This document shows, piece by piece, positions 30,390 to 41,369 of a stretch of 64,000 nt of DNA. Origin of the DNA: an uncultured Desulfatitalea sp. (lineage in GTDB: Bacteria; Desulfobacterota; Desulfobacteria; Desulfobacterales; Desulfosarcinaceae). The stretch covers positions 256,001 to 320,000 of the forward strand of contig CAXXMB010000002.1 of the NCBI GenBank assembly GCA_963668675.2, written 5' to 3'. The notes under the pieces are model-generated. The model was not told where the DNA came from and did no database searches. It saw only the letters and a list, made by a program, of their open reading frames with translations. The position numbers and the translations under genes are program-made. The first letter of the stretch is position 1, and each line of letters opens with the position of its first letter.

Positions 30390-30662
30390 TTATCTGTTTC
30401 TCTCTTTGCGCTTCTTCTGCTTCAGCAGATCGATCCACTCCCGCAGTAAAAGCGCCGTATCTTTTCTCGTCGGTCCCTGTTGCCGGTCCATTTTGCGCTC
30501 AATCTCCGCAAGGGCCCTGTTCAGATCGGGGTCTTTGGGATGCCGATCCACCAGATGGCGGTATATTTCGGCCGCTTTTCGCAAATATCCCTGCTCGGCA
30601 TAAAGCCGTGCCATGCTAACCGTATAGAACTCGGATGAATCGGTCATCTGTCGATGGGACAC
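30390..30662 (-). CDS. Small TPR-like protein
   Basis: T.SMARLYAEQG...KAAEIYR.L. Confidence 0.7.
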   Translation of the reverse strand: MSHRQMTDSSEFYTVSMARLYAEQGYLRKAAEIYRHLVDRHPKDPDLNRALAEIERKMDRQQGPTRKDTALLLREWIDLLKQKKRKERNR

Positions 30663-30952
30663 TAGTTGGTATCGTTTCTAAATTTAAAGATGAGCTCATC
30701 GGAGCGTATCATGCCCAGCTCCTGGCGGGCGACATTTTCAAGAAAGGCCGGATCGTTCTGCAGCCGGTCTATCGTCCTGTACATCTGCAGGATCTCCTGG
30801 GTAAGCACTTCGTTGCCCTTCAGCAGGTCGGAATGGGCTGTCTGCATGCGTTGCAATTCGACCCAACCATTATCTCCAAAGGTGACCACCAGGATCAGAT
30901 GGAACATAACGACCCCAACCAGGGCGATCAGAATTTTCTGTTTGCGGCTCAC
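30662..30952 (-). CDS. ftsB: Septum formation initiator (FtsB/DivIC family)
   Basis: TM, GDNG, coiled coil, LE.VARQELGMIR.DE; GTG start overlaps the murJ stop. Confidence 0.8.
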   Translation of the reverse strand: MSRKQKILIALVGVVMFHLILVVTFGDNGWVELQRMQTAHSDLLKGNEVLTQEILQMYRTIDRLQNDPAFLENVARQELGMIRSDELIFKFRNDTN

Positions 30953-32568
30953 GATCGAATCGACCTTTTTCGAATTATGTTCAGGAGCGTGTGCAACTCC
31001 GGCATAGCCAGAACACGTGCCAATAGTCCAAAAACAAACACACCTGTGGCCACACAACCGGCAACCCCCGGGAGCAGCGCGACACCTGCGACATCGCCAT
31101 CGGGAAGTATCCATTTGGACACTCCCCATACAGAAGCGCCCATAATGGCCGAACAGTAAGTCGACTTAAGTGCAGAGGCAACAATGGCTCGCCCGCCCAA
31201 GGCCCCCAATCTCTTCCTGAGGGCCAGACTCAACAGCGCCAAATTCAGGATAGAGGCCATCGTAAGGGCCAACGCAAGTCCATTATGCTTCATGGGCCCC
31301 ATCAATGCAATGCCGAGTACCAAATTGAACACAATGGTCAACACTGCAATCCCTACCGGGGTGCGGGTGTCTTTCAGCGCATAAAACAGATTGAGGACAA
31401 CACGCACCGCCGAAAACGCCCATAATCCCATACCATAGTATAATAAGGCACTGGCAGTCAATCGCGTGGAGTGAAGATCAAAAGCGCCACGCTGAAACAG
31501 CATGGCGATGATCGGCTCTCGCAATACAATTAAACCGACCATGGCGGGTATGGTGATAAAAAAAACCAACCGCATGGCATGACCGAAGGTATGGCGCATG
31601 GCATCGTACTGCTTCATGACCGATTGGCGCGCCAGGGTGGGAAAGACCGCCGTGGCCGTTGCGATGCCGAAGATGCCGAGGGGAAACTGAAGCAGGCGGT
31701 CCGCGTAATAGAGATAGGAGACGCTGCCCTGTTGCAGCATGGAGGCCAGTAGGGTCATCACCAGGTTGTTGATCTGGTAGACAGCGGCACCAAAGAGAAC
31801 CGGCCCCAACATGAGAGCAATCTGCTTAAAGGCCGGGTGCCACCATGGAGAGGATCGCCATAGAAAAAGCCTGTTCCTGATTAAAAAAGGGACCTGCAGA
31901 CCCAGCTGCAGCGCTCCTCCGACAACCACGCCCACCGCCAACCAACGAACCAGCGCCGCGCTGGAGGTAACCCAGAAGGATCCGCCGATGATGGCCACAA
32001 TCATCGCCACGTTGAGGCATGTGGGGGCCAGTGCAGGAGCGGCAAAGTGGCCCAGAACATTAAGAAGCCCCATGCACAGGGCAACCAGCCCGATGAAGAT
32101 GACATACGGACACATAATGCGCGTCAGCGATACGGTGAGGGAAAATTTTTGGGCTGACGCTGCAAACCCCGGGGCCAACAGATGAACCAGCAGGGGGGCC
32201 GCCGCCATAGCGGCCACTGTGAATGTCAACAAACAGAGTGTCAGCAGGCGCGCCGTACTGCCCGCCAGACGGTCCGCTTCGGCCCGACCCTTTCGGTAGA
32301 GGCACTCCGTGAAAACCGGCACAAAAACGATGCTTAAAGAGCCTTCACCGAACATTCGACGTAAAAGATTGGGGATGCGAAAGGCAGCAATAAAAGCATC
32401 GGAAAACATGCCGGTTCCGAAAAAAGAGGCAATGGCGATATCCCGAACCGCACCCAGCAGACGACTCAACAGTGTGGCGCCGCCAACCACACCAGCGGCC
32501 TGGGCGACACCCGCGTCATCGGCGCCACCCTCCACCACCTCATTTTCTTTATCGAAACCTGTTGACAT
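30949..32568 (-). CDS. murJ: Lipid II flippase MurJ (MviN)
   Basis: SRLLG.VRD, DAF..AFRIPNLLRR.FGEG, YADRL.QFPLG; start uncertain. Confidence 0.95.
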   Translation of the reverse strand: MSTGFDKENEVVEGGADDAGVAQAAGVVGGATLLSRLLGAVRDIAIASFFGTGMFSDAFIAAFRIPNLLRRMFGEGSLSIVFVPVFTECLYRKGRAEADRLAGSTARLLTLCLLTFTVAAMAAAPLLVHLLAPGFAASAQKFSLTVSLTRIMCPYVIFIGLVALCMGLLNVLGHFAAPALAPTCLNVAMIVAIIGGSFWVTSSAALVRWLAVGVVVGGALQLGLQVPFLIRNRLFLWRSSPWWHPAFKQIALMLGPVLFGAAVYQINNLVMTLLASMLQQGSVSYLYYADRLLQFPLGIFGIATATAVFPTLARQSVMKQYDAMRHTFGHAMRLVFFITIPAMVGLIVLREPIIAMLFQRGAFDLHSTRLTASALLYYGMGLWAFSAVRVVLNLFYALKDTRTPVGIAVLTIVFNLVLGIALMGPMKHNGLALALTMASILNLALLSLALRKRLGALGGRAIVASALKSTYCSAIMGASVWGVSKWILPDGDVAGVALLPGVAGCVATGVFVFGLLARVLAMPELHTLLNIIRKRSIRS

Positions 32569-32635
32569 ACTATTGAGATGCCTATATAGATCCGGGTTTT
32601 ATGAAGCTATATATCAATGTGAAAGGAGCTCTTCA

Positions 32636-32902
32636 GTGGCCAATCATAAATCAGCCCTTAAGCGTGCCAGCCAGAATGAGGTTCGGCGCGTGCGCAACCG
32701 AGCGGTGAAAACCCGTATAAAAAACGTGGTGAAAGAGGTTCGCCAGGCCGCTGCGGGTAATGAATCCGAAGCAGCAGCCACAACCCTGCGCACAGCCCAG
32801 TCGACGATTGATAAAGCGGTCAAAAAGGGCGTGCTGCACAAACGTACGGCCGCAAGGAAAATCGCCCGCCTGGCCAAGCTGACCCAGACCGTTCAGTCCT
32901 AG
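32636..32902 (+). CDS. rpsT: 30S ribosomal protein S20
   Basis: GTG-ANHKSALKR...KGVLHKRTAARKIARL; AAGGAG RBS; TTGACA at 32562. Confidence 0.97.
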   Translation: MANHKSALKRASQNEVRRVRNRAVKTRIKNVVKEVRQAAAGNESEAAATTLRTAQSTIDKAVKKGVLHKRTAARKIARLAKLTQTVQS

Positions 32903-32909
32903 TTCAAGC

Positions 32910-32952
32910 GAAAAAAGCAAAGCACTCCGCATGAAACGGCCGAGTGCTTTGC
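32910..32952 (-). terminator. Hairpin terminator between convergent rpsT and lptE
   Basis: A-tract then gcaaagcactc...gagtgctttgc. Confidence 0.6.
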
Positions 32953-33007
32953 ATGTCGCGCTTTTCAAAATGTCCGCTCTCTTCCCTTACCGTTTTTCAT
33001 CCATACA

Positions 33008-33625
33008 CTAGAATGAATCCGTAAGAGACACATAGAAAGATTCAGCCAGCCGCTGGGCGGCCAGACCGATGGCCAAGCGTCGGTTCATGTCGGTGGCCGA
33101 CTTGCTATCTTCCACGGCATATGCCTGTTCAGCACTCACTGCACCCCTCTGCCACAGTGTCTTGCCGTTGGGATCCTTGAGGACGAACGAAGCCGTCACC
33201 ACCACCTTTCGTTCCAGTGCGGTCAAGGTACCGCTGCGTGAGACGGTTGCAGTGGTCAAGCGACCGATCGTACCGGACAATATGCCTTCCGCCTCGCCAA
33301 CCTCCACCACAAGATCCTGACGCCTGCGGGTCAACTCATCGATGACGGCATTGGTGACAGTGGTCTCCAGCCCGGACTCGGCAGTTCGGTTAGTGAACAC
33401 CTGCACGGCGATCGTCTTGACATCGCCGGGCAACTGACCGCTGCCGGCAAGACGATACCCACAACCCGTCAACAGAAAAATGGACAGACACCATGCGAGC
33501 AGCCCCTGCCATCCGCCCCTCGGCCTGTTCAGGGAATCCAAGGGGCTAAAAAATGCATTGGTTTCGTTCCAATGTTTGCGCAGATGCTCACGGCAGGCCA
33601 TCTTCACCCCCCATCCGATTGACAC
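33008..33625 (-). CDS. lptE: LPS assembly lipoprotein LptE
   Basis: LTGCGY lipobox, F.NRT.E.GLE; follows leuS; true start probably later than the ORF start. Confidence 0.85.
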   Translation of the reverse strand: MSIGWGVKMACREHLRKHWNETNAFFSPLDSLNRPRGGWQGLLAWCLSIFLLTGCGYRLAGSGQLPGDVKTIAVQVFTNRTAESGLETTVTNAVIDELTRRRQDLVVEVGEAEGILSGTIGRLTTATVSRSGTLTALERKVVVTASFVLKDPNGKTLWQRGAVSAEQAYAVEDSKSATDMNRRLAIGLAAQRLAESFYVSLTDSF

Positions 33626-33681
33626 AATTCCCTCACTTTAAACTTTCGACTTTCCACTTCAAACTGCCTCGCGCAGCGGGG

Positions 33682-36279
33682 CTATACAACAATATTCACC
33701 AACTTATTCTTCACCACGATAATCTTCTTGGGCGCCTTGCCCTCGACAAACTTCTGCACCTTCTCATCTGCCAGGGCAATCTCCTTGAGGGTATCATCGT
33801 CCGTATCCATTTCAGTCGAAAAACGGCTGCGCAGTTTGCCGTTGACCTGCACGACAATGGTCGCTTCATCCTGAACCAGTGCATCTTTCCGAAAAGAGGG
33901 CCAGGAAACCAACAGGGTGCTCTCGGAGTGGCCCAGGGCTTGCCACAGCTCCTCGGCAAAATGAGGCACGATAGGCGAAAGCATCAGAATCACCGTCTCC
34001 AGCGCATGACGCATCACCCCGATACGCTGGTCGGCATCGCCCTCGTCGGGAGCCACGCCATGCATCTGGTTGACCAGTTCCATGACCGCGCTGATGGCCG
34101 TATTGAAATGGAACCGATCCTCGATATCGCGGGTCACCTTTTCGATGGTCTGATGCGCCTTTTTATAGGTTTGACGCAATGTGCCGGCCAATTGTTCGGG
34201 CGGACCGTCGTAAGGCGTGGCACCGGAAACGGCCTCCAGCCATGAAGCGGCCAGCCGCCAGACCCTGTTGAGAAAGCGGGCGCTGCCTTCAACCCCTTGG
34301 TCGCTCCACTCCAGATCCCTCTCCGGAGGCGCGGCGAACAGGCAGAAGAGGCGGGTCGTATCAGCGCCGTAACGCTCCAGCAACACATTGGGGTCAACCA
34401 CATTGCGCTTGGACTTGGACATCTTCTCGACACGTCCCACCGTCACCGACTGGTCGCAAAGCGAACAGGAGAGTCCGCCCCCCTCCCCCTCGCGGGCCTG
34501 TTCGGGAAAAAGAAAACCGTGCTCCGGGCATGTCATGGTCTCCTTGCACACCATGCCCTGGGTCAAGAGACGCGTGAACGGCTCCTTGTAGTCGATCAAT
34601 CCGATATCGTTCAGAACACGGGTAAAATAGCGCGAATAGAGCAAGTGCAAAATGGCATGCTCCACACCGCCGATATACTGATCCACCGGCATCCAGTAGG
34701 CGACCGCCGCCGGGTCGAACATGGCGTCGTTGCAATGTGGGCTGCAGTAGCGCTCGAAATACCACGAAGACTCGACAAAGGTGTCCATGGTGTCAGTCTC
34801 CCGGCGTGCATCGCTCCTCTGGCAGCGGGGACAGGTGGTCCTGGCGAAATAGTCGAGCGTGGGTAACGGCGACCTGCCGCCGTCGAGCAGATGGGCCTCT
34901 TCGGGCAGCACGATAGGCAGGTCCTTTTCCGGCACGGGAACCGTGCCACAGGTTTCGCAATAGATCATTGGAATGGGCGCGCCCCAATAGCGCTGCCGGG
35001 AGATGCCCCAATCGCGCAGTCTGAAACTGACGGCCCGCTTTCCAAGCCCCTTGGCTTCAAGCAGGTCGGCGATATGATCCATGGCCCGGCGGTTGGGCTG
35101 GCCGTCAAACTCCCCTGAATTGATCATGACGCCGTCGCCGGCATAGGCCTCCTCCATGTCAGCCCCGTTGAGGGACTCGCCCTGGGGGTTGACCACGGGA
35201 ATAATGGGGAGCTCATATTTCCTGGCAAAGTCGAAATCACGCTGGTCGTGGGCCGGAACCGACATGACCGCCCCGGTGCCGTACTCCATCAAGGCAAAGT
35301 TGGCCGTATAGATCGGCATCCGCCGACCGGTCATCGGGTTGATGCAATATTGGCCGGTAAACACCCCCTCTTTCTCATAGTTGTCCACCGCCCTGCTGCT
35401 GCGCTCCTGAAGACTGATCCGCTCAATGAACTCGGCCACCGACTGCTCCTGAGCTGTGCCGGCCGCCAACTGCGGCACCAAAGGGTGTTCGGGTGCCAGG
35501 CACATGAAAGTGGCGCCGAAAACAGTATCGTGGCGCGTGGTGAAAACAGGAATGACGGTGTCGCCCTCCTCCACCGCAAAACGGATCTCGGCCCCCTGGC
35601 TGCGACCGATCCAGTTCTTCTGCATAGTGGTGACCTTGTCCGGCCACCCCGGCAATTGATCGCAATAGACAAGGAGATCCTCGGCATAGTCACTGATTCT
35701 GAAGAACCACTGGTTGAGTTTTTTCTGGCGCACGGCCTGTCCGCAACGCCAGCACATGCCGGCTTCCACCTGTTCGTTGGCCAAGACCGTCTGGCACGGT
35801 TCGCACCAATTGACAAAAGACTCCTTACGGTAGGCCATGCCCGTTTCGTACATTTTCAAAAAGAGCCACTGCTCCCAACGATAGTATTCAGGTGCGCAGG
35901 TGGCCAACTCCCGGGTCCAATCGTATGAGAAACCGAGCTGCTTGAGCTGGTTGCGCATATAAGCGATGTTGTCGTAGGTCCACTGGGCCGGGTGGGTATT
36001 GTTGGCGATGGCGGCGTTTTCGGCCGGCATGCCGAAGGCGTCCCACCCCATGGGATGGAGCACATTGAAGCCTTGCATACGCTTGTAACGCGCCACCACA
36101 TCCCCTATGGTGTAGTTGCGCACATGTCCCATGTGGATCTTGCCTGATGGGTAAGGGAACATCTCCAACAGATAATATTTGGGGGTGTCGGCCTCGACCT
36201 CCACCTCGAACAGCCGGTCCTGCTCCCAGGCCGATTGCCATTTTTGCTCTATTTTTTGGGCATCATATTGCTCATCCAT
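33682..36279 (-). CDS. leuS: Leucine--tRNA ligase
   Basis: [29 protein letters not shown]. Confidence 0.98.
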   Translation of the reverse strand: MDEQYDAQKIEQKWQSAWEQDRLFEVEVEADTPKYYLLEMFPYPSGKIHMGHVRNYTIGDVVARYKRMQGFNVLHPMGWDAFGMPAENAAIANNTHPAQWTYDNIAYMRNQLKQLGFSYDWTRELATCAPEYYRWEQWLFLKMYETGMAYRKESFVNWCEPCQTVLANEQVEAGMCWRCGQAVRQKKLNQWFFRISDYAEDLLVYCDQLPGWPDKVTTMQKNWIGRSQGAEIRFAVEEGDTVIPVFTTRHDTVFGATFMCLAPEHPLVPQLAAGTAQEQSVAEFIERISLQERSSRAVDNYEKEGVFTGQYCINPMTGRRMPIYTANFALMEYGTGAVMSVPAHDQRDFDFARKYELPIIPVVNPQGESLNGADMEEAYAGDGVMINSGEFDGQPNRRAMDHIADLLEAKGLGKRAVSFRLRDWGISRQRYWGAPIPMIYCETCGTVPVPEKDLPIVLPEEAHLLDGGRSPLPTLDYFARTTCPRCQRSDARRETDTMDTFVESSWYFERYCSPHCNDAMFDPAAVAYWMPVDQYIGGVEHAILHLLYSRYFTRVLNDIGLIDYKEPFTRLLTQGMVCKETMTCPEHGFLFPEQAREGEGGGLSCSLCDQSVTVGRVEKMSKSKRNVVDPNVLLERYGADTTRLFCLFAAPPERDLEWSDQGVEGSARFLNRVWRLAASWLEAVSGATPYDGPPEQLAGTLRQTYKKAHQTIEKVTRDIEDRFHFNTAISAVMELVNQMHGVAPDEGDADQRIGVMRHALETVILMLSPIVPHFAEELWQALGHSESTLLVSWPSFRKDALVQDEATIVVQVNGKLRSRFSTEMDTDDDTLKEIALADEKVQKFVEGKAPKKIIVVKNKLVNIVV

Positions 36280-36622
36280 CGATCGTCACCTAAGCCCCGC
36301 TTTGGGGGACGTTTAATGTGTGAAAGGTCTGTCCGCCATTAGAAAAAAAACAGAGCGCCTCGGCGGTGCATACGGCGCGATATCTGTTTAAGATTTTGAT
36401 TTCTCATGCCATAACTTTATCTAAAGTGCAACATACGAAGGCGATGCAACACTCTCCGACCGGGAACACTCCGACAGGATGATGCATGGGTCGTCGGCTT
36501 CACACCACAATAATCTGATTGACTTAAAAACAACAATTACATATGAATCACACTGTTACAACCACCTGCACCCGACGCCCCCAACGGCACCCACGTTATT
36601 GAAATACAGGAATATCCAATAC

Positions 36623-38092
36623 ATGAGCAGCAAAATTCTGATCAACGCCATCGACCCCGAAGAGGTTCGAATCGCCAAAGTCAAAGAGAGCCGGATGGAA
36701 GAGTTCCAGATCGAAATGGCCGGCCGCGAAATTATCCACGGTAATATATATAAAGGAGTCATCACTCGGGTAGAGCCGAGCCTGCAGGCCGTCTTCGTCG
36801 ATTTCGGCGGCGAACGCAACGGTTTCCTGCAACAGCATGAGATTCACAGCGACTATTTCCAAGAGAATAGCGGCAACCAGCGAACCATTGAATGGCTGGT
36901 CAAAAAAAACCAGGAACTCATGGTTCAGGTCACCAAGGATCCGATGATGAAAAAGGGCGCCATGCTCACCACGTATATATCGCTGCCCGGACGCCACGTT
37001 GTTCTGATGCCCGGCACCAACAACCGTGGTATTTCCCGCAAAATCGAGGATGAACAAGAGCGTAAGCGTCTCAAGGAGATTCTCGACGCTCTGAAAATAC
37101 CCGAAGGCTTCGGCACCATCGTGCGCACCGCCGGCCAGGGTTGCACCAAGACCCAACTCTCCAAAGATGTGAGCTACCTGTTGCGCTTGTGGCGCGACAT
37201 CAAGCACAAAGGCATTCAAGAGGAGGCACCGGCCGTCCTGTACAAGGATCGCAGCCTCGCGGTACGATCGGTAAGAGACTACTTTACATCGGACGTCAAT
37301 GAAATCCTCATCGATGACGAAAGCGTTTTTCAAGAGGTGAAAAATTTCGTCCACATCATCTCGCCGCGGCACAAGCGCATCGTAAAACACTACACCCTGG
37401 ACAAACCGATCTTCAGCAAATACCAGCTCGAAGATCAGATCGCCACCATCTTCGAGAACAGAGTTTCACTCAAATCGGGAGGTTCCATCGTCATCGAACA
37501 GACCGAAGCCCTGGTGGCCATCGATGTCAATTCGGGGCGCGCCACCAAGGAGAAGGGCATCGAGCAGACCGCACTGACCACCAATTTGGAGGCAGCCGAA
37601 GAGGTGGCCCGCCAGATCCGATTAAGGGACCTGGGGGGCTTGATTGTGGTCGACTTCATCGATATGCGCGAAATCAAAAACCGAACCGCCGTTGAACGCG
37701 CTTTAAGGGAGCATGTCAAGCGCGATAAAGCCAGAGCCCGAATCGGGCGGATATCCCAATTCGGATTGCTGGAGATGGCTCGCCAGCGCCTGGCCCCCTC
37801 GATCGAGTTGGGGAGTCTGGTTGCATGCCCCTACTGTAAAGGCAAAGGGCTCACCCCCTCGACCGAAACCCTGGCCGTCCGCTTTCTGCGTCAGCTCAAA
37901 ACATTGACCCGTAAAAGCGGTCTCCAGCGTGTACACGGCAGCGTCCCCAAGGCGGTGGCAGACTATGTTCTCAATAAAAAACGCAAAGAAATCACCGAGC
38001 TCGAAATGCAGCGGGGTTTCGCACTCACCATCGAGGGGGACGACAACATGCCTCCCCATGAGTGCCGTATCGATTGCGATCCACACTGTTGA
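36623..38092 (+). CDS. Ribonuclease E/G family, catalytic domain only
   Basis: GNIYKG..TRVEPSLQA.FV, IDVNSG, RLRDLGG.IVVDFIDM, CPYC.G.G. Confidence 0.93.
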   Translation: MSSKILINAIDPEEVRIAKVKESRMEEFQIEMAGREIIHGNIYKGVITRVEPSLQAVFVDFGGERNGFLQQHEIHSDYFQENSGNQRTIEWLVKKNQELMVQVTKDPMMKKGAMLTTYISLPGRHVVLMPGTNNRGISRKIEDEQERKRLKEILDALKIPEGFGTIVRTAGQGCTKTQLSKDVSYLLRLWRDIKHKGIQEEAPAVLYKDRSLAVRSVRDYFTSDVNEILIDDESVFQEVKNFVHIISPRHKRIVKHYTLDKPIFSKYQLEDQIATIFENRVSLKSGGSIVIEQTEALVAIDVNSGRATKEKGIEQTALTTNLEAAEEVARQIRLRDLGGLIVVDFIDMREIKNRTAVERALREHVKRDKARARIGRISQFGLLEMARQRLAPSIELGSLVACPYCKGKGLTPSTETLAVRFLRQLKTLTRKSGLQRVHGSVPKAVADYVLNKKRKEITELEMQRGFALTIEGDDNMPPHECRIDCDPHC

Positions 38093-38107
38093 TCTGGAAA
38101 GAAGGGT

Positions 38108-38136
38108 TTGACCTGCGCAGACATTTCAAGTATACC
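38108..38136 (+). promoter_or_regulatory. Sigma70-like promoter of yajC-secDF
   Basis: TTGACC-17 nt-TATACC. Confidence 0.45.
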
Positions 38137-38208
38137 AGCGCCGTCTTGTTATGCCCCAGTTAAATAGCAACAAATTAGAATCTATTCTCGAAAGGGAGGT
38201 TTAACGAT

Positions 38209-38574
38209 ATGAATATTGCCTATGCCATGGGCCAGGGTGGAGCCGCAGCCGAAGGCGGTGGTGGACTTTTGGCCACACCGCTGCTGCCGATCATTTTAAT
38301 GTTGGGAATCATGTGGTTTCTGCTGATCCGCCCACAGCAAAAAAAGCAGAAAGAGCATCGCGAACTGATCGCCAACCTGAAGAAGGGGGACATGATCATC
38401 ACCTCCGGCGGACTTTATGGCCGCATCACTGGTGTCAGCGAAGCCACCCTTACGCTTGAAATTGCAGATAAGGTGCGCGTCAAGGTGAGCCGCGGGCACA
38501 TCGCCGGCTTGGCTCAGACCAACAAACCGCAGACAGCGCCGCCCGCCAAAAAGGCCGACGCCGAAAAAAAGTAA
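38209..38574 (+). CDS. yajC: Preprotein translocase subunit YajC
   Basis: FLLIRPQQKK, LKKGD..ITSGG. Confidence 0.95.
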   Translation: MNIAYAMGQGGAAAEGGGGLLATPLLPIILMLGIMWFLLIRPQQKKQKEHRELIANLKKGDMIITSGGLYGRITGVSEATLTLEIADKVRVKVSRGHIAGLAQTNKPQTAPPAKKADAEKK

Positions 38575-38687
38575 GTCACTGAGAAGAGATCGTGCCAACC
38601 GCCACACCGGATTCGATTCCCCGGTCTGGCGGCTAACGGGCTTACTGATAATTGTCAGAGCATGGTTCTATTAAGAGGAACGGAGCA

Positions 38688-40259
38688 TTGAAAACAACTT
38701 CTTGGCGCCCCATTGTTGTCATTGTAGTCCTGCTTGCCGCACTGGTTTATGTGCTTCCCACGCTTCAAATGGTAGTGGAAAAAAAGCTGGAAACTACCCT
38801 GTGGCCCTATCGAAAGATCAACCTCGGATTGGATCTGCAAGGCGGCATGCACCTGGTGTTGCAGGTGGACACCGACAAGGCGGTGGAAAACACAGTGGAT
38901 CGAACCTATGACGAGTTGCGTTCGTTCATGCGCCAGAATGACATCCGCGTCGCGTCGATCAAAAAGATGGACACCGCCGCATTGGCCATCGTTCTGGATG
39001 AGAAAGAAGATTTTAACAAATCGCGGGGGTTGATCGCTGACGAGTTCAGGGATTTCAACCTGACCGACCAGAATAGTGAAATCCGCCTGACACTCAAATC
39101 CGATGAAGTTCAGAGGGTGAAAAAACTGGCGTTCGAAAAGGCCGTCATGAAGGTGCGCAACCGCGTGGACGAATATGGCGCGCGCGAACCGGACATCAGG
39201 CCTCAGGGCGCCGACCGCATCATTGTCCAACTCCCCGGTGTAATTGATGCCGACAAGGCCCGCAGAGAAATCGGCCGAACAGGTAACCTGGAGTTTAAAC
39301 TGGTCGACGAAACCCACGATGTGCGTCAGGCCCTCAGCGGCGAAGTTCCCCCTGGAAGCGAGATCCGCTATTATCGCAAAGACGATCCCGAAATGGCAGG
39401 TCGGCCCATCCTTTTAAAGAGGGAGACGCTGCTGACCGGCGACTATCTCAGCGAGGCGCGCGTCAAATTCGACCCGGCCAACGGCCAGCCCTATGTGGGC
39501 ATAAAATTCAATCCCAAAGGGGCGCGCATCTTCGCCAAGGTGACCGAAGAGCACATTCACGAGCGCCTTGCCATTGTCCTGGACAACGAAGTCTACTCGG
39601 CCCCGACGATTCAATCAAAAATCACCGGGGAGGGAATGATCACCGGCAACTTCACCGATGAGAGCGCCAAGAGCCTGGCCCTGGTGCTGCGGGAGGCTTT
39701 TCCAACTCCGGTGGAAATACTCTACGAAAAATCGGTGGGCCCGTCGCTGGGCGAAGACTCGATCCGCAAAGGTCTGCTTTCCATGCTGATCGGTGGCGTG
39801 CTGGTGGTGATCTTCATGGTCATCTACTACAGGGGAGCCGGCCTCATTGCCGATCTGGCCCTGATCCTCAACATCGTTCTCATCGCCGGCGGCCTGGCCG
39901 CTTTCGATGCGACCCTGACCCTGCCCGGTATTGCCGGTATCATTCTCACCATCGGCATGGCTGTGGATGCCAACGTGCTGATCTATGAACGCATCCGCGA
40001 AGAGCTGCGGTTGGGCAAAACGGCTCGGGCAGCGCTTGATGCCGGCTATGAGCGTGCCACGCTGACCATCCTGGACGCCAATGTCACCACCCTGATCGCA
40101 GCAGTGGTGCTGTTCCAATTCGGCAGCGGACCGGTCAAGGGCTTTGCCGTCACCCTGAGTCTCGGTGTCATTTCTAGCCTGTTCACCGCCCTGATTCTGT
40201 CGAGAACGATTTTCGAGTTCCTGCTGACCAAACGTTCTGTCAAAACACTGAGCATTTGA
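38688..40259 (+). CDS. secD: Protein translocase subunit SecD
   Basis: LGLDLQGG, VQLPG, GPSLG, GMAVDANVLI.ERIREE; start approximate. Confidence 0.96.
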   Translation: MKTTSWRPIVVIVVLLAALVYVLPTLQMVVEKKLETTLWPYRKINLGLDLQGGMHLVLQVDTDKAVENTVDRTYDELRSFMRQNDIRVASIKKMDTAALAIVLDEKEDFNKSRGLIADEFRDFNLTDQNSEIRLTLKSDEVQRVKKLAFEKAVMKVRNRVDEYGAREPDIRPQGADRIIVQLPGVIDADKARREIGRTGNLEFKLVDETHDVRQALSGEVPPGSEIRYYRKDDPEMAGRPILLKRETLLTGDYLSEARVKFDPANGQPYVGIKFNPKGARIFAKVTEEHIHERLAIVLDNEVYSAPTIQSKITGEGMITGNFTDESAKSLALVLREAFPTPVEILYEKSVGPSLGEDSIRKGLLSMLIGGVLVVIFMVIYYRGAGLIADLALILNIVLIAGGLAAFDATLTLPGIAGIILTIGMAVDANVLIYERIREELRLGKTARAALDAGYERATLTILDANVTTLIAAVVLFQFGSGPVKGFAVTLSLGVISSLFTALILSRTIFEFLLTKRSVKTLSI

Positions 40260-40336
40260 CGACCAAAGCCAATGGCGAGTGATTAGATACCCATCATGCC
40301 CTTGCATGTGTGAATTGAAGCTGAGGAAAGCTGACT

Positions 40337-41365
40337 ATGCAGATCATTAAACCGGATGTTAACATCAACTTTGTGGGTCGCCGTAGAATCGCCTACGTGA
40401 TATCGGCGCTGGTCATTCTGACCTCCATCGCCTCCCTGGTGCTGCATGGCGGTCCAAAATACGGCATCGACTTTGCTGGCGGTGCCGAACTTCTGGTCAA
40501 ATTTGGCGAACCAGTTCCCATCCAAGATGTCAAAGCGGCCTTGAGATCCATGCAGCTGGACGCCGTCGTCCAAAAATACGGCGAGAGTGGCGCCGATTTC
40601 TACCGCGTCCTGATCCCCGCCGAACAGGCCGAGCAGGGCAACTTGGCCCAGACGCTCAAAGAGGGATTGGCCTCTCGTACAGAGACCGGCGTATCGCTTG
40701 AATCGTTTGAGATGGTGGGCCCCCAGGTCGGTCGCGACTTGCGCGAAAAAGCCCTGCTGGCGATGTTTTTCGCCCTGCTCTTCATTACTGTCTATATCTC
40801 GGGACGATTCGAACTCAAGTGGCTGCTCAGCGCAGGCACCGCCGGTGCACTGGCGTTCAGCGTCTATGCCTTGCGGTTGGCCCACTTAAGTATTCCCGTG
40901 CTGATGGCCGCCGCTCTGGTGGTGACGCTCATTCTCTTCTACGTATTGAACCTGAAATACGCCATGGGTGCCATCGTCGCGCTCATCCATGACGTAACGA
41001 TCACCGTGGGTTTCTTCTCTTTCTTCGGCAAAGAGTTCACCCTGCCGATCATCGCCGCCCTGCTGACCATTATCGGCTACTCGCTCAACGACACGATCAT
41101 CGTCTTCGACCGCATCCGGGAAAACCTGCGAAAATACCACAAGCTGCCCTTGGCGGATACCATCAACAAGAGCATCAACGAAACGCTCAGTCGGACCATA
41201 TTAACCTCCGGCACCACATTGATCGTCGTCATAGCCCTGTTTCTGCTCGGCGGCGGCATCATTCACGATTTTGCCTTCGCCCTGCTGATTGGGGTCTGCG
41301 TGGGTACCTACTCGTCGATCTTTGTGGCCAGCCCGATTCTGCTGGCTTGGCAAAAGCGAAAATGA
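40337..41365 (+). CDS. secF: Protein translocase subunit SecF
   Basis: GIDFAGG, VGPQVG, IGYSLNDTII.FDRIRE. Confidence 0.96.
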   Translation: MQIIKPDVNINFVGRRRIAYVISALVILTSIASLVLHGGPKYGIDFAGGAELLVKFGEPVPIQDVKAALRSMQLDAVVQKYGESGADFYRVLIPAEQAEQGNLAQTLKEGLASRTETGVSLESFEMVGPQVGRDLREKALLAMFFALLFITVYISGRFELKWLLSAGTAGALAFSVYALRLAHLSIPVLMAAALVVTLILFYVLNLKYAMGAIVALIHDVTITVGFFSFFGKEFTLPIIAALLTIIGYSLNDTIIVFDRIRENLRKYHKLPLADTINKSINETLSRTILTSGTTLIVVIALFLLGGGIIHDFAFALLIGVCVGTYSSIFVASPILLAWQKRK

Positions 41366-41369
41366 GCGA

